A DNA stretch of 64,000 nt from Bacteroidota bacterium (GTDB lineage Bacteria > Bacteroidota > Bacteroidia > Bacteroidales > BM520): assembly GCA_002748065.1 (NCBI GenBank), contig PDRJ01000032.1, positions 236 to 64,235 of the forward strand, written 5' to 3'. A program made the translations under genes and the position numbers. This document shows positions 8,900 through 16,112 of this stretch, piece by piece. The first letter of the stretch is position 1. Each line of letters opens with the position of its first letter. The notes under the pieces were generated by a model. That model was not told where the DNA came from. It saw nothing but the letters and a program-made list of their open reading frames with translations, and ran no database searches.

Positions 8900-9658
8900 T
8901 TATTTCAAGAAGACTTCTCGCCCCTTTTGATGATTTAAGGCGTATTTGATCTCTTCAAAAGAGCGGTGTTTAAGCTTGAAGTGGGTGCGTACGGTGCCTA
9001 TATCCGGGATGAAATGGGCATCGGAACTTTGGATGAATGATGCGGCTTTAAGGTAGGGGAATTGTTGAATCATTGCTTCTGGTGAAGCGTATTTTGAAAC
9101 TTCAAAGCCGTTAACCTCCAAGTCGGGAGGGACAAATCCCAGCTGGCTGGTAAGAGAGTAGGCAGAGCGGTCAATATGGGCAGGGATAACAATTCCACCA
9201 TATTGTCTTGCTTTATCTGCTAGTTCGTTGATACTTAAAGATGTGGCAGAGATTAGGAGCCAGTCTACCGTGTCGATGATCTCCTCTTCCCGGTTGACGA
9301 TCACCTGGTAGCCGAACTTGTCCGGATCGTTGGGTATTTTTAAGATGCTACTGTCCAAAACTGTCTGAAATTGGTTAAGCGACTCTTGGTTATCGAAGAA
9401 GGTGAGGCAGTGAGCCTCCTCGGAGGTTGTTACCTCCATTCCACACATGACAAAGATCCCAAAATCCTTTGCTATTTCGCTAACAACTTCGCAGTGAGCA
9501 GAGGCGTTATGATCGGTGATTCCAATGATGTCTAGTCCTTTTCGGGCAGCCTCCTTGACGATATTGAGGGGGCTCATGTCCAAGCTCCCGCAAGGACTTA
9601 GCACCGTATGGATGTGTAAGTCGGCTGCAAATTCCCGAAGAGGTGTGGTTGCACTCAT
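8900..9658 (-). CDS. PHP-domain phosphoesterase
   Basis: 252 aa. DLHIHTVLSPCG and ITDHN are His-rich PHP motifs. Confidence 0.8.
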   Translation of the reverse strand: MSATTPLREFAADLHIHTVLSPCGSLDMSPLNIVKEAARKGLDIIGITDHNASAHCEVVSEIAKDFGIFVMCGMEVTTSEEAHCLTFFDNQESLNQFQTVLDSSILKIPNDPDKFGYQVIVNREEEIIDTVDWLLISATSLSINELADKARQYGGIVIPAHIDRSAYSLTSQLGFVPPDLEVNGFEVSKYASPEAMIQQFPYLKAASFIQSSDAHFIPDIGTVRTHFKLKHRSFEEIKYALNHQKGREVFLK

Positions 9659-9659
9659 T

Positions 9660-9995
9660 TTATTTTTTTAAGGCGTTGTAGAGTGTTCCACTGCATTCAA
9701 AGGAGGAGGCAGGAGTGGTGATCACGGGAATCTCCTCCTCTTGTGCCGCCTCCAGTAGCTCTTCTGTGGGTTTATTGCCACTGGTAATAAGAATACAGGC
9801 CAACTCCTTTAGTGAAGCTACCGCCACAAGGTTTTTGTGGGTTTGAATGGTAATCCATGCCATCCCCTCTTCGGCATTGCCCATAACGTCGCTTAGTAAG
9901 TCTGACACATAACCATTGGTGATTTCGTTCTCAAGGCCTGCTTCTCCACAGACTAACGTGGTGTGTTCCCATTGTAAAATATCAGATACTTTCAT
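9660..9995 (-). CDS. DRTGG-domain protein
   Basis: 111 aa. YVSDLLSDVMGNAEEG...ILITSGNKP...IPVITT pattern. A paralogue lies at 11774..12118. It overlaps the upstream gene by 14 nt (translational coupling). Confidence 0.7.
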   Translation of the reverse strand: MKVSDILQWEHTTLVCGEAGLENEITNGYVSDLLSDVMGNAEEGMAWITIQTHKNLVAVASLKELACILITSGNKPTEELLEAAQEEEIPVITTPASSFECSGTLYNALKK

Positions 9996-11352
9996 TTTTT
10001 GCTCCTTTCTTTGAACAATTCTTGTGTAGGGCTTCCTTGCCCCATATTTTGTGAATAATATTTCTTCTTTGTGTCTTGTCTAACAGGCTTTTTCGTTGCA
10101 TAAAGACACAGTGGGAGATGTTAGCTTTTTTTTGGACAACATCTTCCGCCAGTGCCCGACAGGTTGGTGAGCCACATGCTCCACAGTCAAACCCCGGAAG
10201 AAAACACATAAGTTCCCTGATTCGCTCAATCTTTTTTAGCGCTTTTCCAATATCCGTATCCAGTCGAAGGGGGCGTGGTTCTATCTCATTCACCCTTATC
10301 TTTTCCTCTAGAAGAGCCATCGTCTTGGGATTTTGAGGGTGGGTAAGACCAACCTTTTGTGGATTCTTTGCCGAGATCTCAGCTCTTTTGGTCAACCTCT
10401 CTGTGGAGAGAAAGCGGTTGGTGGTACAGAGGATTCCTCCACAACAGGAACCGCTACAAGCGCGGAGTTCAAGGTAGCTTACATCAGTAATTTCTTCATT
10501 TTCAATCTTCTCCAAAAAGTCCGTTACGTTGTTAATCCCATCGATAGCTAGAGAGCGTCCTGTGGTATGTCGAGACTCTCCCGTGGTAAGACTCCAGGTG
10601 ATGGCATCGGTTCCCAGGTGGGAACGCGTTTTTTCAGGGATAACCTCGTCTGCCTGTTTGATGAAGTACATCGCCTTATTGAATAGGTGATCCATATTGA
10701 TTACCCCATTGATCACACTTTTAGCTTCTCCCACAGGACTTTTTACCGCTGCAATTTTTGCGGCACAAGGGGTGATGTAAAAGATACCAATCTCTTCATC
10801 CTTATATCCCTCTTTGATAAATTTATCTTTGATAAGTTCTGCCGTAAGGTCATGTGGGGTCTTTAATCGGATGATATTCTCAATGAGGGAGGGAAATCGG
10901 ACCTGCATAAGGCGTACCACTGCCGGGCAAAATGAGGAGATGTGGGGTTTATCTTCCTCCTCTTCCTTTTGATACTGTAGTGTTTTATGTTTTAGGAAAT
11001 CCACGGATTGTTCCACTTCATGAACGTCAGTGAATCCCAACTCACGAACTGCTTGATAGATTTGGTCTGTTGAAATATCCTCAGGAAATTGACCAATGAA
11101 TACCGCCGGTAGGAGGGCTACTTTTATGGGATATTGCAGAATATCATCCAGATCGTCTTCTTCAACTTTGAAAGCACCTACCGGGCAGACGCTATAACAT
11201 CTTCCGCAGTCGATACAACGCTCTCCCATCACCTGGGCTTTTCCGTGTCGAATACGTATGGCCTGTGTAGGACATGCCTTCATACAGTGTGTACACCCCG
11301 TACAAATTGATTCGTCTACGCCAAATGCATGATGAAAGATGTTGTTACTCAT
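9982..11352 (-). CDS. Hydrogenase-like sensory protein (2x4Fe-4S + H-cluster-type domain + C-terminal RnfB-N-like Fe-S motif)
   Basis: 456 aa. CTGCTHCMKACP and CIDCGRCYSVCP, then H-domain motif equivalents SSFCPAVV, ITPCAAK and ELRACSGSCCGG, and a C-terminal CGACGSPTCRALAEDV. Confidence 0.8.
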   Translation of the reverse strand: MSNNIFHHAFGVDESICTGCTHCMKACPTQAIRIRHGKAQVMGERCIDCGRCYSVCPVGAFKVEEDDLDDILQYPIKVALLPAVFIGQFPEDISTDQIYQAVRELGFTDVHEVEQSVDFLKHKTLQYQKEEEEDKPHISSFCPAVVRLMQVRFPSLIENIIRLKTPHDLTAELIKDKFIKEGYKDEEIGIFYITPCAAKIAAVKSPVGEAKSVINGVINMDHLFNKAMYFIKQADEVIPEKTRSHLGTDAITWSLTTGESRHTTGRSLAIDGINNVTDFLEKIENEEITDVSYLELRACSGSCCGGILCTTNRFLSTERLTKRAEISAKNPQKVGLTHPQNPKTMALLEEKIRVNEIEPRPLRLDTDIGKALKKIERIRELMCFLPGFDCGACGSPTCRALAEDVVQKKANISHCVFMQRKSLLDKTQRRNIIHKIWGKEALHKNCSKKGAKNESI

Positions 11353-11355
11353 GGT

Positions 11356-11766
11356 TTAGATGTAGTTGACAAACGCAACTTCTGTCCCTTCGTTTATAAT
11401 ACTTTTTATATTCATCTCGTCTGTATTCTTTTTCATGTTGGGCAATCCCATACCAGCTCCGAACCCCATCTCTCGTACTTTTTGAGAGGCGGTGGAATAG
11501 CCCTGTTCCATCGCCTGTTCAATATCCGGGATGCCCGGTCCCTTATCTTTTAGTAGGATAGATACCTTTTCCGGATCAATATCGACTGTGATAATGCCTT
11601 CATAGGCGTGTGCCACAATATTTACTTCACCTTCGTATAGCGCTACCACTAGTCGCTTGATGACTTTGGGGGTGATGTTGAGTTGTTTAAGAATTTTCTT
11701 CACCTCGCTACTGGCATACCCGGCTTTGCTAAAATTTCCTCCTTCGATGTTGTATGTTAAGTGCAT
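11356..11766 (-). CDS. RsbW/SpoIIAB-like GHKL Ser kinase (anti-sigma-factor-like ATPase)
   Basis: 136 aa. EGEVNIVAHAYEG, DKGPGIPD and GFGAGMGLPNMKK. Confidence 0.75.
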   Translation of the reverse strand: MHLTYNIEGGNFSKAGYASSEVKKILKQLNITPKVIKRLVVALYEGEVNIVAHAYEGIITVDIDPEKVSILLKDKGPGIPDIEQAMEQGYSTASQKVREMGFGAGMGLPNMKKNTDEMNIKSIINEGTEVAFVNYI

Positions 11767-11773
11767 AATAACG

Positions 11774-12118
11774 TTAAAATAAGGGATTTATACCCAAGTT
11801 GAAAAGTGTACCTGATATTTTGAATACAGACCAGGGTGATTCAATAATTAGCATTTCATTCTCTTCTGCCAGGGTTTTAATATCATTATTCACCTTTTTG
11901 TTTCGTGCAAAGATAATAAACCGTATATCCCCCATCTCCGCGGTACGAATTGTTTGAATATTATTCAGTCCGGTGATCAGAAGAATATCTTCTTTGTCTA
12001 TGGTGAGGACATCACTCATTAGATCCGATGAGTAAGCAAATTCGACTTCGTTTTCTAATAATGCTTCTCCCGTAATGACTTTTCCTTCAATTTCTTGAAT
12101 TAACCTGTTTAGTTTCAT
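11774..12118 (-). CDS. DRTGG-domain protein
   Basis: The track ORF 11774..12148 begins at a TTG. ATG at 12118 (MKLNRLIQEIEGKVITGE...) sits 28 nt downstream of a -7 box, so I prefer the shorter form. SSDLMSDVL...LLITGLNN pattern. Confidence 0.7.
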   Translation of the reverse strand: MKLNRLIQEIEGKVITGEALLENEVEFAYSSDLMSDVLTIDKEDILLITGLNNIQTIRTAEMGDIRFIIFARNKKVNNDIKTLAEENEMLIIESPWSVFKISGTLFNLGINPLF

Positions 12119-12145
12119 CGTCTTTGGTATATTGCATTTCTCTCG

Positions 12146-12153
12146 CAAATATA
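12146..12153 (-). promoter_or_regulatory. -7 promoter box TATATTTG (minus strand) for the sensory-module operon
   Basis: The plus strand reads caaatata, 28 nt upstream of ATG 12118. Confidence 0.45.
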
Positions 12154-12167
12154 AACCCTTTTATGGA

Positions 12168-12192
12168 TAAATAGTCTTATGGGTTGTTCTTT
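12168..12192 (-). promoter_or_regulatory. Conserved ~25-nt box shared with 8196..8221
   Basis: See 8196..8221. Here it lies immediately upstream of the -7 box (roughly the -33 region). Confidence 0.4.
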
Positions 12193-12239
12193 TTTATGCC
12201 GAAGTTTCTCCTTTTACACTGCTGTTTGCTGAGGATGCA

Positions 12240-13052
12240 TTACCCCATCACCCTCCGTACGATGCGGGTGTACAAACGATACCCGAGGAGTCGGCGTATC
12301 CAGAGAATCAGTTTTGCCTTTCCTGCGCAGGGGTAGCGTAGTTTGTGGCTCCCGTCGGTGGCGGCGCGGTAGATGGTCTTTGCCACAACTTCCGACGGGG
12401 AGAGGTTTTTCGTCGCTGCCGAGGAGGTGCGTTGTCTGATCTTCTCCACGTATGGTGCATAGGCCGGTACCGAGGAGGTATTCGCGATAACCTGACCTCG
12501 TGAGGTGAAATCTGTTTTGGTGGCACCCGGTTCAATCAATTTAACCCGGATATTGAAAGGGGAGAGTTCATAGGCCAGGCTCTCGGTAAACCCTTCAATA
12601 GCCCACTTGGTGCTGAAGTAAAGGCTGTACAGGGGAATAGTGACCCTGCCCCCGAGGCTGGAGATATTGATGATGACCCCCTCTTGCTGTGCACGGAAGA
12701 GCGGTAATAGTGCTTTTGTTACACGCATGAGTCCAAAGACATTCACGTTGAATTGCTTCTCGCGTTGTTCCGCAGTAGTGGCCTCGAAGGGACCGGTGAC
12801 AGCATAGCCTGCATTGTTCACCAAGACCTCAATTCGGCCAAACCGCTCCACGGCATCGGATATGGCCCTCTCTATGGAAGTCTGGTCTTCTACGTCCAGC
12901 GGGAGAATGGTGACGTTATTCAGTTGGTTCAGGCTCTTCTCCCTGGAGGGCGTTCGCATGGTGGCAACCACATTCCATCCCTTTTTTTGGAAATAATGTG
13001 CCGTGGCCTTTCCAATACCACTGGATGCGCCGGTGATAAAAACCGTTTTCAT
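12240..13052 (-). CDS. Classical SDR-family oxidoreductase
   Basis: 270 aa. TGASSGIGKATA, NNAG and YFSTK (YxxxK) motifs. Confidence 0.85.
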   Translation of the reverse strand: MKTVFITGASSGIGKATAHYFQKKGWNVVATMRTPSREKSLNQLNNVTILPLDVEDQTSIERAISDAVERFGRIEVLVNNAGYAVTGPFEATTAEQREKQFNVNVFGLMRVTKALLPLFRAQQEGVIINISSLGGRVTIPLYSLYFSTKWAIEGFTESLAYELSPFNIRVKLIEPGATKTDFTSRGQVIANTSSVPAYAPYVEKIRQRTSSAATKNLSPSEVVAKTIYRAATDGSHKLRYPCAGKAKLILWIRRLLGYRLYTRIVRRVMG

Positions 13053-13074
13053 GGGTGTTTCTCAGCCCTAAGGG

Positions 13075-13533
13075 TTAAAGAATCTGTATGCTCTCCTTTT
13101 TGGTGAATTTTTCACAATAGTGGCATTTCAGCGTAAGATCTTGATGGCTTACCACATAAAACTTCCGGGGAACGTTTTGGTGATTGGTTACGCATTTGGG
13201 GTTGATGCATTTGACGTAGCCTTCCACCACATCGGGGATTTCCACTTGCTGCTTGCTTGTGATTTCGAAGTTTCGAATCTCAATAAGGGAGGCAGTGGGC
13301 GCCACGAGGGCGATTTTGTTCACCTCTTCCTTTCGGAAGTAACGATTGCTAACCTTGATGATCCCCTTTTTCCCAAATTTCTTGCTATCCAGGTTGGTGC
13401 CGAAGGTGATGGGGTTCACACAGTCGTCAAGATCCAATATTTTGATTACCGTAAAGAGGGCATCTGCCGGAATATGGTCGATTACTGTACCATTCTCTAA
13501 GGCTGAGACTTTAAGTGTCTTTTTTGTTTCCAT
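13075..13533 (-). CDS. pyrI: Aspartate carbamoyltransferase regulatory subunit
   Basis: 152 aa. LKVSALENGTVIDHIP and a C-terminal Zn Cys pairs CINPKC...CHYCE. Directly downstream of pyrB. Confidence 0.9.
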   Translation of the reverse strand: METKKTLKVSALENGTVIDHIPADALFTVIKILDLDDCVNPITFGTNLDSKKFGKKGIIKVSNRYFRKEEVNKIALVAPTASLIEIRNFEITSKQQVEIPDVVEGYVKCINPKCVTNHQNVPRKFYVVSHQDLTLKCHYCEKFTKKESIQIL

Positions 13534-13550
13534 TTGTATATCGGTTATTT

Positions 13551-13590
13551 AGTATCTGTCCATAAAGTCGGACTTTATAGACAGACGCTA
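13551..13590. repeat. Mini hairpin derivative of the MITE in the pyrB-pyrI spacer
   Basis: AGTATCTGTCCATAAAGTC-GGACTTTATAGACAGACGCTA (about 14-bp stem). The terminal CTA at 13588..13590 is the pyrB TAG stop. TA on both flanks. Confidence 0.8.
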
Positions 13591-14526
13591 TTTAAGGTTA
13601 AGTGTTGATGCAAGGAGCGCTTCGCGAACATAGACGCCATTGAGCGCTTGTTGGAAGTAGTAGGCTTTGGGGTTGGTATCCACATCCTCGCTGATTTCGT
13701 TGACCCGGGGAAGGGGGTGCATCACTTTGAGGTTCTCCTTCGAGTTGGCCAGCATGGCATTCTTTAGAATGTAGCTGTTTTTAACCCGTTCGTACTCCAG
13801 TGGATCGGCAAAGCGTTCCCGTTGGATTCGTGTCATGTAGATAATGTCCACCTCAGGGATGATTTCATTGAGCTCCAGATGTTGGGTGTAGGTTAGGTTG
13901 GCATCCTTGATGTGTTGTTTGACGGCCCTGGGAAGTTTTAATTCTACCGGTGATACCAGTCTGTAAGTACAGTTAAATTGCGTCATGGCCTGTACCAGGG
14001 AGTGTACCGTACGTCCATACTTCAGATCCCCCACAAAGGCAATCTTCAAGTTCTCCAGGGTGCCCTGTGTTTTGAGGATGGAGTAGAGGTCTAACATGCA
14101 CTGTGTGGGGTGCTGGTTGGCGCCATCCCCGGCGTTAATGATGGGCACCTGGCTTATCTCGGAGGCAAAGCGGGCACTGCCATCCAAGGGGTGGCGCATC
14201 ACAATGAGGTCGGCGTAGAGGCTGATGTTCATGATGGTATCCCGAAGTGATTCGCCCTTTTGTACCGAGGAGCTGGAGGAATCAGTGAATCCAATGATTC
14301 GTCCTCCAAGGCGTTGGATTGCCGTTTCAAAACTGAGGCGTGTTCGGGTGGAGGGCTCAAAGAAGAGGCTTGCAATGATCTTGTTTTGTAGCAGCGTGGG
14401 TTCCGGATGACTTTCAAAATGAGCAGCTAACTTAAGGATGCGAAGGATATCCTCTTTGGAGTAATCGGTGATAGAGATGAGGCTTTTATTTTTCATGGGC
14501 ATTTTTTTTCTGAGATCCATATTCAT
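13588..14526 (-). CDS. pyrB: Aspartate carbamoyltransferase catalytic subunit
   Basis: 312 aa. FFEPSTRTR, HPTQ and HPLPR motifs. The start is uncertain (alternative Met residues at codons 3, 9 and 11). Confidence 0.9.
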   Translation of the reverse strand: MNMDLRKKMPMKNKSLISITDYSKEDILRILKLAAHFESHPEPTLLQNKIIASLFFEPSTRTRLSFETAIQRLGGRIIGFTDSSSSSVQKGESLRDTIMNISLYADLIVMRHPLDGSARFASEISQVPIINAGDGANQHPTQCMLDLYSILKTQGTLENLKIAFVGDLKYGRTVHSLVQAMTQFNCTYRLVSPVELKLPRAVKQHIKDANLTYTQHLELNEIIPEVDIIYMTRIQRERFADPLEYERVKNSYILKNAMLANSKENLKVMHPLPRVNEISEDVDTNPKAYYFQQALNGVYVREALLASTLNLK

Positions 14527-14552
14527 GGCAATGAATCTTAAAAAGTAGACAT

Positions 14553-14582
14553 AAAAAAGGGGGTGACGATGCTGTCACCCCC
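14553..14582 (-). terminator. Rho-independent terminator downstream of 14597..15937 (and upstream of pyrB)
   Basis: The minus strand reads GGGGGTGAC-agcatc-GTCACCCCC followed by TTTTTT. Confidence 0.75.
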
Positions 14583-14596
14583 AAAAGTAAGGATTT

Positions 14597-15937
14597 TTAT
14601 TTAAGTTTGTGTGTTTGCACAAAATCTTTCAGAATTCCTTCCAGTGAAGGTTCTCCAATCTCTTGAAGATCATAATAGACACGTGTGGTGGGCTTGTTGA
14701 TCTTCACGATACGGTTCAGGTCGATGGGAGTACCAATAACTACTGTGTCACAATCGGTGTTGTTGATGGTAGTTTCAAGGTCTTTAAGCTGTTGCTCGCT
14801 GTATCCCATTGCCGGAAGGATTGTTCCTATCTTAGGATAGATCTGGAAGGTCTCAGAGAGTTTTCCTACGGTATAGGGACGAGGATCCACCTCCTCAGCA
14901 CAACCGAATTTACGGGCAGCTACGGTTCCGGCACCAATTTTCATCTCACCATGGGTGAGGGTTGGGCCATCTTCCACGATCAAACAACGCTTGCCTTTAA
15001 TCAGTTCGGGGTTATCCACCTTGATGGGGGACGCACCGTCCACAACGATCGCCTTAGGGTTCACTTTGGCAATACTCTCGCGTACCACTTGGATTCCTTC
15101 GGGGCTGGCAGAATCCATTTTGTTGATAACGATGGCATCCGCAAGGCGCATATTTACCTCTCCGGGGTAGTAGCTAAGCTCGTGGCCGGGGCGGTGTGGG
15201 TCTGCTACAGTGATGGTGAGATCCGGCTTATAGAAGGAGAAGTCATTGTTCCCGCCATCCCAAAGAATGACATCACATCCATCGGGGTCTACTTCGGCTT
15301 CACGGAGAATGGCTTCATAGTCTACTCCAGCATAGATTACGTTACCACGCACTACGTGGGGTTCGTACTCTTCCATCTCTTCGATGGTACACTCGTGTTT
15401 CTTCAGGTCTTCCACCGTGGCAAAACGTTGCACCTTTTGCTTCACCAGGTCCCCGTAGGGCATGGGGTGACGGATGGCAACCACTTTCAGTCCTTGATCC
15501 ATCAGATACTCAATAACTTTACGAGAGGTTTGCGATTTACCGCATCCTGTCCGTGTTGCTACCACGGAGATGACCGGCTTGGTTGACTTGACCATGGTCT
15601 CTCCCGGGCCGATGAGCATAAAGTTGGCTCCTGCAGCATTCACGATGGCACTTACATTCATTACCCGGTTGTAGGGTACATCACTGTAAGAGAAGACACA
15701 GTCGTGAATATTTTTTTCTTTGATCAGGTTGGTTAAGTCCTCTTCCGCCACAATAGGAATACCTTGGGGATAGAGCTCCTCTCCCGCTAACTCTGCAGGG
15801 TAGGCACGTCCTTCAATGTCAGGAATTTGAGCAGCTGTAAAGGCAACCACATTATAGTTTTCATTCCCTCTGAAGAATGTGTTGAAGTTGTGGAAATCTC
15901 TTCCCGCAGCTCCAATGATTACTACATTTCTTTTCAT
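14597..15937 (-). CDS. P-loop protein of the cyclic-2,3-diphosphoglycerate-synthetase-like family (often labelled GTPase)
   Basis: Trimmed to ATG 15937 (MKRNVVIIGAAGRDFHNF...). Walker A is ATRTGCGKSQT. The family assignment is from memory of similar ~450-aa proteins and was not verified. Confidence 0.6.
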   Translation of the reverse strand: MKRNVVIIGAAGRDFHNFNTFFRGNENYNVVAFTAAQIPDIEGRAYPAELAGEELYPQGIPIVAEEDLTNLIKEKNIHDCVFSYSDVPYNRVMNVSAIVNAAGANFMLIGPGETMVKSTKPVISVVATRTGCGKSQTSRKVIEYLMDQGLKVVAIRHPMPYGDLVKQKVQRFATVEDLKKHECTIEEMEEYEPHVVRGNVIYAGVDYEAILREAEVDPDGCDVILWDGGNNDFSFYKPDLTITVADPHRPGHELSYYPGEVNMRLADAIVINKMDSASPEGIQVVRESIAKVNPKAIVVDGASPIKVDNPELIKGKRCLIVEDGPTLTHGEMKIGAGTVAARKFGCAEEVDPRPYTVGKLSETFQIYPKIGTILPAMGYSEQQLKDLETTINNTDCDTVVIGTPIDLNRIVKINKPTTRVYYDLQEIGEPSLEGILKDFVQTHKLK

Positions 15938-16081
15938 AATTTTAATGTTGTTGATATGAATTGTTTTTTCGATAAAAATTCTATGCCTGCAAATTAAAAA
16001 GAATTGTGCAATCGACAATCATTTTTCGGATCTTTTTTGTTTTTTTATGAGGGTGGATCGGTGAATGGGCATGGTTCTTTT

Positions 16082-16089
16082 TATCTTTG
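16082..16089 (+). promoter_or_regulatory. -7 promoter box TATCTTTG
   Basis: Lies inside the long track ORF (16065) and 24 nt upstream of ATG 16113, which supports the shorter argS start. Confidence 0.5.
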
Positions 16090-16112
16090 CTCCCTTATTT
16101 ACTCTTAGTGTC

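Noticed and set aside
14663-15586. Long antisense ORFs: 14663..15586(+), 16696..17364(-), 16863..17261(-), 40080..40706(-), 61112..61795(-), 62506..63003(-), 33333..33812(-), 35155..35640(-)
   Set aside because: Each lies fully inside and opposite a gene with strong recognisable motifs. Their products are low-complexity (Pro/Arg/His/Gly-rich) with no motifs, which is typical of shadow ORFs.
16065-16112. N-terminal extensions in the ORF track (argS 16065, CPGS-like 16018, GH13 58746, smpB 41902, mutL 51535, SDR 39978, DRTGG 12148 with TTG)
   Set aside because: The extensions are hydrophobic or odd, overlap neighbouring genes or contain the predicted -7 promoter box. Internal ATGs give N-termini matching the conserved family starts, so the shorter coordinates were used.
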